A stretch of DNA of 63,990 nucleotides from Paraspadella gotoi (lineage: Eukaryota; Animalia; Chaetognatha): NCBI GenBank assembly GCA_051294375.1, contig CM119264.1, positions 1,869,298-1,933,287 on the forward strand. Reading direction: 5' to 3'. Shown here one piece after another: positions 1 to 13,184 of this stretch (position 1 is the stretch's first letter; every line of letters starts with the position of its first letter). The translations under genes and the position numbers were made by a program. The notes under the pieces are model-generated. The model was given only the letters and a program-made list of their open reading frames with translations. It was not told the origin of the DNA and ran no database searches.

Positions 1-135
1 CAAGATAATAACATAGCAGGTTTCTGCAAGCTTTCAATCAAGACTCTCTCACAGTCTTATTTATTCACTCCCAGTGAACCTGGCTTTCCTATCAATGAAG
101 TGGTATAATATTTCAAAGAATGTTTCAATTGTATA
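1..135 (-). repeat. Dispersed repeat, inverted copy of 2922-3057 (runs off window start)
   Basis: The reverse complement of 1-118 (tctttgaaatattataccacttcattgataggaaagcc...gagagtcttgattgaaagcttgcag) aligns by eye to 2939-3057 with scattered substitutions. Confidence 0.85.
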
Positions 136-571
136 AATTCGTTAGATGGGGTAATCGTTTTTAAGCAAGAACTTAAAGGTTGTATTTGAAAAGGAGTGGA
201 GATGCATTCACCTACTTAACCCCCGAGTGTGTTCAATTACTAATGCAGTTTGGCAATTTTACGTTTTACCCATCAAGACCACAGTGCAATCCGCAATTTT
301 TAACCGAGCTCATTTAATAGTTCTGCTTGCCTGTCTCGCGCCAAATTAGCCATTTCCACTACAAGCGAGACTCACCTTGAAAAAAGGAAGTCGCCTTCTC
401 GGCCGAAACCACGAAATCATCCAGAAGAGCCGCTTCAGTCTCCTTGAAAAATCGTGGACAATTTGTGAGTTTAGTATTGATAAATTGGTTAATGAAGTTA
501 AGCCTTAACTTAAGCCTTAACTTAAGCTAACTAACATTGATTGAATTACATTAATTACGTGATTGATACCC

Positions 572-635
572 TATTCATTCATTCATTCATTAAGTAATTT
601 ATTCATTCATTCATTCATTCATTCATTCATTCATT
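572..635. repeat. (ATTC)n microsatellite
   Basis: Seen directly; explains the spurious FIHSFIHS ORF. Confidence 0.9.
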
Positions 636-980
636 CTCACCCTCGTTGTCTTAGCGACGATCGCCGCGACGAATACGACGGCGAAAACGAATCTCAGCGA
701 CGAATTCATCTTGAGGCGAATCAAAGATTTCGTCTTTCGATTAAAAGATTCGGGCGGCGAAGTTGAAACTAATCGGCGAAGACGAACGGCGAAGTCGATC
801 GTCTTTTTCCCGCTTTTAATATGAGTAAAAAAGTAATAAATTACCAGTAGTTTGTATGAATATTAATAAAATTAACATTGAGTTTTAAAAAAAGGCGACT
901 TTTTTTTGCGAAAACGCCCTATTTCAGTTTAAATTAAAAATTAAGTTTATTTTTTAGGTGTAAATATTTGATTAGGAGAT

Positions 981-1170
981 GGGGAAAGGGATTAGGTTAG
1001 GGAATAGGTTAGGGAATAGGTTAGGGATTAGGGTTTTGGATTTGGGGATATGGTTAGGGTTTTTATGAGGAAATAGGATAAGGGGTAAGGAGATAAGGTT
1101 ATGGATTAAGGCGAAGGATTAAGGATTGACATTTGGGATTAGGTTAGGTTAAGTAATAAGGTTGGGGATT
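981..1170 (+). repeat. Degenerate TTAGG/TTAGGG-rich tract
   Basis: attaggttagggaataggttagggaataggttagggattagggtt...; imperfect and interstitial. Confidence 0.6.
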
Positions 1171-1587
1171 TTAAATTTTTTTTTTATTTTTAATACCAAA
1201 AACAGTATTAACATTTTAAAAGAGATAAGGATTATTTTTTATAGTGAAAATTAAGTTCAATGGTTAAGGAACAGAAATTAGGTTCTTTGGGAAAAGCGAG
1301 CCAAGGATTAATTCTCGTAATAATTTAAAACAAAACAAAAGCAAACATTTTTAAAACAAAAAACGAAACAAAAAATAACGAGAATAAACAAAGTAGAAAG
1401 GAACAGAAACGTTCACTGTTCGCTGTTTATCGTTCGCCGTTCACACTGTTGTTTCTTTTTATGCGAATCGAAATAAATAATAAAACGAAACTCATAAAAA
1501 TGTTTTTTTACCTTTTTTTCTCGCGCTCGTTCGCCGGTTGTTATCGACGTGAGGTTTTTTTGTTTGTTCGTGTTTTTTTAAACGGAT

Positions 1588-1669
1588 ATCATCATGGTTA
1601 TTATCATCTTCATCATCGTCGCCGTCGTCATCGTCATCATCGTCATCATCATCATCATCATCATCATCG

Positions 1670-1720
<51 letters not shown>

Positions 1721-1776
1721 TACTTTGTCATTCCATCTCCTTCTCTTTCATCTTTGTCTTTGCTTTCCTTCTCTTC

Positions 1777-1858
<82 letters not shown>

Positions 1859-1925
1859 ATTCCTCTCTCTCTTTCTCTCTCCCTCCCCCCTCTCCACCTT
1901 CTCTCTCCCTCTCTCTCTCTCTATC
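1588..1925. repeat. Compound microsatellite, (TCA/TCG)n followed by (CT)n
   Basis: Seen directly; produces the poly-H/I/S and SL/ER shadow ORFs. Confidence 0.95.
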
Positions 1926-2921
1926 TCCACAACATCTCTTTTCAACATTCATTGGCTTCTTCATCGACGATCCAAATCTTCATTGTTTCACCTCACGATG
2001 ACGTCACGGCTAAACTGGCCACAAGAAAATCACGTGACATCGTCGTAGTCTTCGTCGTCTTCATTGTCTTCGTCGTTGTCGTTGTCGTTGACGTCGTCGT
2101 TATCTTCGTCGTTGTCGTCGTCTCCGTGATTGTCTGATCCATGTCGTTGTTGTATCGAAAAAATATCGACGGAACTATCATTAATCATTAATCATTAATC
2201 ATCAATCATAATTCATTTTTATCATCATCTCAATCTTTATCACCATTTCTTATATCATTCGAATAATCTATGATTTAGTCAATAGTCATATCAAGTTTGA
2301 TCATACATTACATTAAATTTAAAAAAATGACAAATGGTGTTTAAAAAATTCGTTTATTCAACGTCTAAAGATCGAATTACTTATCATCATTTTATCATTG
2401 TTATACATTATCTATTAGTAATAGTAATAGTATTAGTAATAGTAATAGTATTACAATCATAAAGGTCCTTAATAAAACCGTTCGGCCAAAATATTGTCTT
2501 CATCGTTCTTTAAGTCGGATCCCAATGATGAGTGGCTAAATTATTAAATTTATTCATTTAAATCAATATAACACTGCCGGCGAACCCAATCTTCCCATCC
2601 TCCGTAACTGACAAAGGTCGCGATCCTCGTTGCTCCATTCGTTTCCCATGAATGAATCATCTTCCCTTCCGAAGGCCAAAATAACCTTTACATCCCCGAG
2701 AGAACGAAAACCGAGAGACCAATCGTTTTCTTGCTTTCATTGCATCTCAGAATGAGGCGCAGTGAGAGCAATTCACAGTTTCGATTGCAAATCAGCAACG
2801 AAGGACCAATAACCTGGTTCATTAACCATTTCTTTTTCAAACGGTTTTTTTTTTCACGTTATTGAGAGTTTAAAAGATAACGACAACAACTTAAACGATC
2901 ACATCTGAAGGGAGGGGTCCT

Positions 2922-3057
2922 TCGTAAAATTAAAACAATCTTTGAAATATTATGCCAATTCATTGATAGGGAAGCCAAATACTCTGGGAGTGAATAAAGG
3001 AGACTGTGAGAGAGTCTTGATTGAAAGCTTGCATGGACCTGCTATGTCATTATCTTG
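2922..3057 (+). repeat. Dispersed repeat, inverted partner of 1-135
   Basis: See 1-135. One frame reads FVKLKQSLKYYANSLIGKPNTLGVNKGDCERVLIESL. Confidence 0.8.
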
Positions 3058-4053
3058 TGTGATAGAGGCCTTAATTCACTTAAGTCAGGGACAAGAATAC
3101 CTATTTAATAAATGAATAGATAATTTTTATATTGATTGTAGCAATTTCATAAACCAATCTCCTAACAAACTGATTGAAAAAACAATCAACCGATCTGATA
3201 TGAGCAAACCGACCTACAGAAACAACCAACATAAAAAACAACAGAAAGCCAAACGCAAAAGAAACAACCAGCCTTCAATGACTTCCACCTCAAAACAACC
3301 GCCATCTTCCCCACCGCCAGTCCAATCCACCTCCCACCTATTTTCCACCCTCGTCCACCTCGACCACCCCATACACCCCCCCCCAATCGATGAAGGTCGA
3401 CGAATATCTTGACGAGTTTAATCTTCGCAGCTTATATTTTCTATCTCGCTCTGCTCTACTCTCGTCTCTTCTCTCGTTTCTCTCTCTCTGCTCTCCTTGC
3501 TCTCTCCTCTCTCCTCGTTCTCTCTGTCTCTTTCTCTCTCTCTATTTTCTACTCTCGTTCTCTCATTCTTTTCTCTCGTCTTGTTCTCTCTGATCTTTCT
3601 CTCTCTTTATCTTCTCTCCGTCTTCTTCTCTCCCTTCTCTCTCTCTCTCTCTCTCTGTCGCGTCTCTCCTCATCTCTCTCTCGAGTCACACAAGCTGTGA
3701 CATCTCTCGTCTCTCTCGTCTCTCCCCAGTGCGGATTGCTCAATCGTTGAATTGTTGTTCACAATTTTTAACTGCGAATTTGATGTTTTGATTATTTTCT
3801 GCACAGATTTTTATAATTGCGTCTTTTAACGGATAAATTTCAGGTTAGTCACATTAATTTTTTTTTCGCTAAGTATTAGTAATAATCTAAAGATAAGTAA
3901 AACATTTTTTTTCTCATATGTACGTAAATTGATAAACAAATTGGTTATCCCCTTTTGTATACACGGTTTCAGTATTCACTAATATTCATCCAACACTTTG
4001 GAAATTGATTTCAACAAAATCCCTAAATCAAAAGGACAAAAGGAAAATCCAAG

Positions 4054-7000
4054 ATGGCGGATTTCTCAGAATTCGAAGGAGAATCGCGGACGGAAATTCC
4101 ATCGGCAAAAGTGGAAACGACTCAGGATGCTGAATCGGAGGTATTTGTTGATTATACTATACTATACTCTTCTATACTATACTAATAATTAACTAATTAA
4201 ACACTGTCTTCTAATTTAATAGAGATGGAGAGATAAAGATATTTTATTATATTATATTAACACGCATTCGCGAATTTAGTATTTTCGTATTTATCAAATA
4301 AATATCAAAGTTAATTAATTACTTAATTTATTTATTAATTGTTTAATTTATAAGATCTCTACTATTCTCAGACAGAAGAGATGTTTTGGAACGATCCTTT
4401 GCTCAGTCGCATCTCTCAAGGGCTTAAGGCGCTCTTCGGAGAAATCCTAGATTGGAGATGGATTAGAGCCGCTTTTTGGGCAGCAGTCGACGGTGAGGCA
4501 AGCAAACAATCAATTAATGTGAGGCAAGCAAACAATCAATTGATCATTCTATCTATCTTTTTTCTACATGTAATGTTAACAACCAAATTAATGAATCAAT
4601 TGGATAATGCGGCAACCACTTATATCAATCAATTAGTCAATCAATTGATAATTCGATCAATCAATCAATACTATTATTCTTTGTCCTAATCTCTCAGGTC
4701 TCCTAAATTTCTTTGGAATGGATTTGGTTGACCCTACCGAGGTAAGTTAATTTTTTTTGGTTTCTTCTCCGCAAAACCACAGTTTAAATGAGTTTCATCT
4801 GAGTCTCACTTAATGATTTAAACGAGACCAAAGTCGGGAGCAAGATGGCTCGTTTATTGCATGAATGAATAATTTTATATTGCTTGTAGCCTTGTACCAA
4901 TGTCATAGAACCTTTTACTGCTTATAACAGTCACAACTTAATAATTCGCTCTGTCGATCCGTCTATCCGGCCCAAAATTTTCCCGATACGCGTGAAAGAA
5001 AGTCGCAGTGACGCAACACATTCGAATGACCGTTCTTGTTTTCTTTTCGCATTTCTCAGAAATTGATCGTAGCTTCGATCCTCGTCGTTCCCGTCGTCTT
5101 CATTATCGTCGTCGGTTTTCGTCAACTTTGGTCTCTTTGTTGCGGCGAAGGAAGAAAGAGAAAGAGAGAGAAGGAGAGGGAACGAGGTGAGAAGAAAATG
5201 GAATGGAAATTTAATATGTAATAATATAAATCAATCAATAAATCGATCAATAAATCAATAAATCAATATATAAATCTATAATAAATAAATTAATCAATTA
5301 ATTAATTAATTTCCTTTAGACATCGTTATCGTCCCCGAGAAGCGCTTCGACGTCGAACTTGGACGAGCGCCTCGTCAAATGGAGCAGATGCAACAGCACC
5401 TGTCAGCGTCGGAGGTGGAAGCGAAGATCAAAGACGTAGAGAGCAGATGCAATCAAATGACGTCGAATCTTTATCAGGTGCCATCGGTTTAAATTACTAC
5501 ACCTGTTATTAGAACTTCTTTTCTTTATACAATAATGTGACATTTCATTCATTGATTCACTCATTCCTCTTTTTATTCCTGCTTTTATTTATTCACTCTT
5601 TTTTTCATTTAAACATTAAATTCATTCATTTAATCATTAAATTCATTCATTTAATCATTAAATTCATTCATTTAATCATTAAATTCATTAATTAAATTCA
5701 TTAAATTCATTCATTGAATACTTCATTTCATTCATTTCCTTTCTCAGTACCAAGAGTCCACCGATTCCGCCATCCAATCGATGCTTCAAACGAACAACGA
5801 GATCGTCAATCAACTTTTGCCACAACTCGCAGAAGCGCTGTTGTCGCTGCGCGTCGCCGGGGCTGCGGCGGCGCCGGATGTAGAGTCGGCAGCGGCGGAA
5901 CGGAGAAGTGTGAGTCGCTTTACTTAATACAATATATACTAATGCTAAGTACAGTTGAGTGATTGACTAATGAGTATTGACTGATTAATTGATCAGGGGG
6001 TCGGAGCTGAGGATAGATTTCTAACAATTGAGTGCTTTGCTCGTGGTTATCGTAGACTACGAAATTTCACATTTGCGTGAGACATCGCCGAAGAAAATTT
6101 AATTGCATATGTATACAGCGTTAAAATTATCTACCATTAAAAGTAATCTTAAAAATGTATAAATTTTCGTTTGAGCATGTTCTCACTCTAAATTATTGAC
6201 TCACACTATTGAGCGCGGCTCACCGATTTAATTTATAAAGGATTTACTTCCTTATCTATCATTTCATCAGCTTCAGCGATAGAACACGGTCTGAATTTCT
6301 GATTTACTTATTATTTAATGTCAAAAATAAAATAATTTCCATGACCGTTTAGACTACTAAACAATATCACTAAATATTTCAAAACCACAAATTGAGCCGA
6401 TATTAAGGGTAAACATGATTCAATGACACGTTGAATAATTTACTGCAATATGCAAATTAGATTAAACCGAATCTCATTTCATTGAATCCAATCTTTTTAG
6501 GTAATATACTAATAAATATTCTGAAGACCACATGAGCATTATAATTATGTATAAATTACGAAATCGTGTGCAACTTTGCTTTTGAGCAGATGAATACTTT
6601 AAGGAATAAAAAAATAGGTATTTAATATCTGGTATAACTACATCAAAGTTACTAACTCCTCACATCAGAATTGATAATTTTTCGGTGACCCTCTCAGTTT
6701 CCCGACCACGCGGACGAAAAAGGATGGCTCGAAACGGATCAACTCTTTCGTCAAGACGAAAGCGCCTCTCTCGATCCTCGACCCTCTTTGGAAGAGGTCG
6801 TCGACGATGATGAAGAAGAAGAAGAAGAAGACGACAGCGAAGATCAGATCTGCGACGACGACGATTATGACGACAGCGACGACGATTTCCGTGAAGACGA
6901 CGACGACGACGTAATATTTGAAGAGACTCGAACGGGACGGAAGTTTCACGACCCGGAGGAGGAGGAGGAGGAAGAGGAGGAGGACGAAGACAGGATGCCG

Positions 7001-8695
7001 GAATTGGAGACGGTGTGGTCGCCGGAGGAAGAGACGACGACGACAACGAGGACGACGACGACAACAATCGAGGACGACGACGATGAAGACGAAGAAATCA
7101 AAAGAATATTTAAGGATGACGACAAAGAGGACAAAGACGACGACGACAGTCACAAAGACGACGCTGATTGGCTGCCGGAAGACGAAGGCGACGCCCCATT
7201 GGACGAGGACTCGGATTGGCTGCCGGAAGACGAAGGCGACGCCCCATTGGACGACGACGCTGATTGGCTGCCTGAAGATGAATACGACGCCCCATTGGAC
7301 GAGCGATTGAAGGCGATTCTTGGCGAGGATCTCGCGGAGCAATTCATTGCGACGGCGGCGGCAGAAGAGAATACGTTGGAGAGAGAGAGGAGAGAGAGGG
7401 AGACAGAGAGGATGGAGATGGAGAAGAGAGAGAGGGAGACAGAAATGACCTCGGGGATGTCGAGGGCGAACGTCGACGAGCCGTTGGAGGAAAAGTCGAG
7501 GGTCGGCGTCGACTCTGTGGACAACGACGCGGAAGTGGAGAGACTCTTCAAGGAGGTCGTTGAAGAAGGAGGAGGAGCGGAGGAGGAAGTCGTTGAAGAC
7601 GAGTTGGAGGCGTCAAGGAACGAGGGAGAGATCAAGGAGGGAGGAAGAGAAAGAGAGAAGAAGACAGGGAGGAAGGGTGGAGAAGACTTTGGAAGACGAC
7701 AGCAACAACCCCAGCAGCAGCAACAGCTGGAATATGCAGCATTCAGAGATGATGACGATGACGACGATTTCGAAGCAGACGAAAAGTATGAAGACGAGAA
7801 AAACGAAAAGGGAAAACAACAACATCAACAATATCAACATCTACATCAACAACAACATCAACGTCTACATCACTCAAAGGTCAAAGATTTTCTCGTCTCC
7901 AGCGACGAAGGACAAAATTACTTGAATCTTCATCGGGATGAAATTCAAGTTTTCCCTTGCGACGATTCGCCAGAGACTTTCGTCGTCTTGGAATCGAAAG
8001 GCGGAGATCCTTTGTTTCTGGTCGAGTTTGACGAGGATGATGTCGAAGACGACGACCTCGCAACAGCACCGTCACGGCCACCCCAGCACCTCGCTCTTCC
8101 GAGATCGTCGGAACGAAGGGTGAGAAAGAAGATCACGTTCACGCGATGCCTTGCGTTAACCGTTAAGGATTAAAAATGAAATAAACCCAGTTATTCGTAG
8201 GGTTAATAATAATTTATTCGTGACAAAAAGATAATGAAAATCATTTTGAGAATCTGAAAATATAGGTCAAAAAGACAAACTAAAAGAAATTACAGCTTAA
8301 ATTAGAATCAAATATCAGTATAACTAATAAAGTATCGGTGATAAATATTAAAATATTAAAATTTAAAGACGGAATCTTTACTTATTTATTAAGGTGAGTT
8401 TCTCCGAAGAGCTTCGAGTCATTTCGGGACCAGAACTTTGTCTTCAAGCGGAAGTCAAACATTTGAATGTTGAGGAGGATGAAGGCGGACCGATCCCGTC
8501 CCCAAAAATAGATCCGCCGCCGAGTCCGCCTTTTCGGGCGGAAAAGGAGGCTGAGGAGCTAAAGGCGATCGCCGTAAAGGAGCGAGAGACGATCGCCGTA
8601 GAGGAGCGAGAGACGATCGCCGCGCAGGACGAACCCGACGACGAAACAGTTTCCGCTTGGGACGAAATCAAACTCGATCTCGTCGAAGAGATGGT

Positions 8696-8732
<37 letters not shown>

Positions 8733-9857
8733 AAAGCGAGCGAAAAAACCGTCAAGTTTTGCGACGTCGTCGAAAATATTTACGAGGAAAATCACGAGAA
8801 GGTGGCGCTGCCGTCGTTACCGACGCTTTTGCCGACAAGAGACGAAGACGATGAAGACGACGACGAGCCGACGACGACGAGGTTTCCGGCTGCCGGAATC
8901 TCGGCCTTCGATTCCGTCAAAGTCGACGAATTTATCGGCGCCGAAAAAACGAGAAATAAAAAAAATCGAAAGATTTTGGAATTTGGGAGGAAAAGTTCGG
9001 GGGTTGAGTTTGGGCAGGACAAAGATGAACAAGATGGGCAGGACAAATACTGGGAGTTTGGGAAGGACAAAGATGGAGAGGGTTGGCAGGACAGAGACTG
9101 GGAGTTTGAGCAGGACAAAGATGGGCAGTCGGGATTGGACAAAGAAGGGCAGGAAGAAGATGGACAACCAACAGTCTGGAGGGAAAAAGTCGGTGACTCA
9201 GGGCAGGACAAGGCTGCACTAGTAAGAAATGAACAATTTAAAGTCGGACAGGACAATGAGGGACAGTATTGGAGGGACAAAGTCGGATCATCCAAATTCG
9301 GACAAGCCACAATGCGGACGTCCGAAAAAGGACGGACAGAATTGGCGCCACAAACGTACGGACAACTCGGAGACGAACAAGAACAATTCGGTCAGTCCGT
9401 GTGGGAAGCGACGTCGTTTGAGCCGATCGGGAAAGAAAACAGATCGGCTGATTATTTGTCGATAGACGAAACTTTTAAAGTCGGCGCCGACGAACGATTT
9501 GAAGCCGGAATTTCCTTCGATCTCGCCCACGAAGCCGGGAAAATGCCGGAAAATCTCGGCGTTGAATCTGAGAGAGCCGATTTGAAGTTCGGCGTTGAAG
9601 AAAATCGATCTTTGTCGACGGACGATTCCTCTACCACCACTCTTTCTCTTCCTCCCTCTCTTCCTCTCTCTTCCTCCCTCTCTCCTTCTCTTCCTCCCTC
9701 TCTTCCTCTCCCTCCCTCAATCCCGCCCCCCGTCGAACCGGTCGTAGACGTAGAGAGGAAGACGACGACGACGACGACGACGAAAACGACAACTAAGTCA
9801 AACATCCCGAAGTCGGAACGTGTCCTCAAGAAGAAGAGATCCCGACGGGAGCATTGA
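4054..9857 (+). CDS. 8-exon gene for a large acidic, low-complexity single-pass membrane protein with two RVxF-like motifs. Exons 4054-4140, 4372-4492, 4698-4741, 5060-5186, 5320-5477, 5748-5909, 6698-8119, 8394-9857
   Basis: Starts aagATGGCG. All seven introns are GT..AG with compatible phases. Exon 4 encodes a hydrophobic helix LIVASILVVPVVFIIVVGF followed by basic RKRKREKERER. Exon 7 has three DWLPEDE(G/Y)DAPLD repeats. The exon 7/8 junction creates RRVSF and exon 8 has KTVKF. Confidence 0.8.
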
Positions 9858-9875
9858 TATGTTGTCGTTGTTGTA

Positions 9876-10066
9876 CCATCTTGGAAAATGAAAAAGTCGC
9901 CGAAACTTTTTCTAGTTTTGGTAACTTTTGTTGCTTTTAAATATTTAATTTAAAGATAAAAAAATAATGTATTAATGATTTAAAATCAAATTAGCCTATT
10001 TGTTTTCCGCGATTTTTATTTTAAAGATGTCAAAAGTTTTGGCGACTTATTTATTTTCCAAGATGA
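9876..10066. mobile_element. MITE, Tc1/mariner-superfamily type, about 35-bp TIRs, TA target site
   Basis: TA|ccatcttggaaaatgaaaaagtcgccgaaactttt ... aaaagttttggcgacttatttattttccaagatga|TA. Confidence 0.8.
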
Positions 10067-10884
10067 TAGTTGTCTGTTTACTTTGCCAGATATTTAGACT
10101 TGTCATTGACGCCCAATCTTTGTTATTCTTTATAATTGTTTAATATAATATTTTATTGTAATTATTTTCACTGTTTTATTTATCATATCTACGAATTTTT
10201 TCCCCTCAAGTTGGGAGTTTTTTTGTTTTTTTTTAATTGTGTTCATTCTTTTAAGATGTATTTTTTATGATTGCCTTTGAAGCAATAACAAGTTCATTTT
10301 GTAAGATAAGAAGTTTATTGACTGAGCGAAACAGTCTACGAGACGAAACATTTTCATAATTAAAGTTGAATTTAAATGGTTTGAAATTTTCGGATTAATG
10401 AATTTTTTTTTCTTCCTAATTAAATTATATCACATTGAGTTTGTCGTATTTTATGAAATTATTTTATGCTATGTTGTTTAAATACATAAATATTATTAAA
10501 ATCTAGAATTAGTTAATTTTTCATTTTAATTTCAAAGTCTTAAAATAATAATTTTATCTGAATAAAGAAAATAATATCTATAAGAAAACTGGGGCATTGT
10601 TATTTTTTTACTTTGTGTTTCCTCTATTTCCAGAAGACAACACTGATATCCCACTCTATGAAATAAAAAACAAAATTTACAAGTAAAACATAGTCATAGA
10701 AAAATAAAGAATATAAATTAAAAACATAAATAAAACGGTGTATTATAAAATCTATAAAGATTGATTAGTGAAACAGGTAACTTTGCAATTTTCATAAAGG
10801 CGAAAACAACAACAACAACAACAACAAATTAACAACATTGACGATCGTTCGTCACCTCAGGATGAAACATTCGGTTGAGACTCC

Positions 10885-11003
10885 GATCCTGTGAATTCTG
10901 ATATTCACGGATCCTGTGAACTTTTGATCTTTACGGATCATGTGACCTTTGGACCTTTACGGATCATGTAACCTTTTGACCTTTACGGATCATGTGACCT
11001 TTT
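10885..11003. repeat. About 25-bp minisatellite (tttacggatcatgtgaccttttgacc-like), 4-5 copies
   Basis: Tandem units seen directly. Confidence 0.8.
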
Positions 11004-11231
11004 AATCTTTTAAATCCTTTGACCTTGAGGAGATTCGTCTTTCTGATTCGAGAGAGAAATCGGAAAGAGAATAGACAAAATAGAAAATAGAAAGAGAAAT
11101 AGAATCGAAAGAGGATAGAAAAAGATAGTGAATAGAAAAAGAATAGAAAGATAAAAAGAATAGAAAGAGAATAGAAAGAGAAAGAAAATGGAAAGAGAAT
11201 AGAAATAGAAAGAGAATAGAATTAAAGTTAC

Positions 11232-11232
<1 letters not shown>

Positions 11233-11279
<47 letters not shown>

Positions 11280-11299
11280 TCCCTCTCTCTCTCTCCATC

Positions 11300-11344
<45 letters not shown>

Positions 11345-11538
11345 TCTGACGAAGCAGCTCCTTATGTTTGACCATCGATCCTCACCCGTTTCCTCAAAAC
11401 TACAACCGTAACAAAAATCGCCTTAGGTTTTCGTTACAAAGAGACTGATATTGCTGCCCAAGACGTGAAAGTTATTGACCCTTAAAGTAAACACGTCTGT
11501 TGACGTCGTTTGTAGATTGAGAAGGATTGGGCGAAGGA

Positions 11539-11574
<36 letters not shown>

Positions 11575-11584
11575 AGAGAGAGAG

Positions 11585-11648
<64 letters not shown>

Positions 11649-11650
11649 AG
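11233..11650. repeat. (CT)n at 11233-11342 and (GA)n at 11542-11650
   Basis: Seen directly. Confidence 0.9.
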
Positions 11651-12962
11651 AGGGAGGTGGAGGGATAAGACGACGACAACGGTGACGACAACGAAAACTT
11701 CGCCTCGGGTCACGACCGTCGCGGCGTCGACATGGTCATTGACTTCCTCTTATATTGAGGCGGCGGCAGCAGCGGCGGCAGCGGCGGCGGCGGCAGGAAT
11801 GCAAGGTCGTTGGGTCATTCGCGCCGACGTGAATGAAGTCATTCGACAGATGGTCGAGGATGGTCATTGGTCAAAGATGATCGCTATGATCACTATGATC
11901 ACTATGCGAAAATGGACATCGGTTGCTGCTTTTATCTATCTACAGTATATATGTATCTATATCTATGTTTTCTCAATCTCACTATCGATTCTATTCTATT
12001 CTAAAATTATGAGGAAATCTATGCTGAAGCTTGATTTCGTTTATTTGATAAAAATGATGAAAGGATGAAATAAATTTAAGAAAAAGTGGTGCAAGTTTTA
12101 ATTTAATTTGATTTAATTTAATTTAATAGCATGAAAATAAATAAATTGTTCCAAAAGATAAAAAAAATGCTGAGACGACGTAATATCGGTGAAATACTAA
12201 AGTGCACACTACGCACTACACTGTGCATGAGGATTAAAAAATATTTTTCGAATATCAAATATCATTTTTAATTTTACAAAAGAAGTTTAATTGTTATTTG
12301 GAGAGTATAATTAAATATTCAGGTGTCTTTAAAAAAATTATAAAAAATATATAAAACGTTAAAAAATTTTTAACTCTATTAATTAATAGCTAATATATGA
12401 TGAAATCTACAAATATGCAACATATTTTTTGCATCAATACTACAGAAGTATCATAAATATTTTTTTCTTAAAAATTATTTTAAATATTGGAATGTTGATT
12501 TGAATGTTTATGTCAATGACATTTTGCTAGTACCAATTTCATAGAAAATCTGTTATAGTAAAGAAGTTCTGCACACTACACAGTGTTCAAAAAAATATTG
12601 TTAAGTTGCTTAATAGTGTGACTGTGTTGAGTTTGTTACACATTTTGGGCCAAACCAAGTAAGTAAAATCGAATTTAAAAAAAAAAATTTTTATTTAGAT
12701 ATACAAAAATTTGAAAGGAGAAAAAAGAGTTGAAAAATAGAGAAATGATTTAATAAGACTTAACTGTAGCGCTACCATACTAAATAGGGTGGAGCGATGA
12801 AAAGATGGAGGGATGGAACAATGTTTCTTTACTGTCTTTGTATATGTAATGAAAAATAATTAAGCCCTTTTTGAAAACAAATTTGCATATCAGTATCATA
12901 AATTGAATTTTCTTTAGGGAATGATTTTGCAATTGGCAACAACAATTTATTTTTAGTATGAA

Positions 12963-13002
12963 ACGAACGTTTCCTCTCGAGGTGCAAGCCTTCATCAGCG
13001 TC
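12963..13002 (-). ncRNA. Degenerate minimal hammerhead-like motif (Penelope-type)
   Basis: Minus strand reads acg-CTGATGA-aggcttgcacctcgagag-GAAA-cgtt-cgt. Core boxes, palindromic AACGTT and a 3-bp stem I (acg/cgt) are present; stem II pairs poorly. Confidence 0.4.
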
Positions 13003-13184
13003 AAAGTAATTTGTGAGATTTTTTCAAGATATTACTATAAATATATTGTATTTTATGATACTGCTCCCCAAACAATATGAGCAAAATTTTTTTTTGTACT
13101 CGATAATCATACTATCTCACATATATATATCCTTGTTTGTTCACTCAAATAAAATTTTTGTTCCCGAGAGCTCCACCCTAATAC

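Noticed and set aside
1449-2181. ORFs with poly-His/Ile/Ser and SLSL or ERER runs (similar ones at 3390-3750, 11010-11713 and 38964-39993)
   Set aside because: They are translations of (TCA)n and (CT)n/(GA)n microsatellites.
6660-9829. Numerous antisense and alternate-frame ORFs
   Set aside because: Shadows of the low-complexity GAC/GAG-rich exons 7 and 8.
10320-10356. ctgagcga...gtct-acg-agac-gaaac hammerhead-like string
   Set aside because: The core has an extra base (not CUGANGA) and there is no convincing stem I or III.
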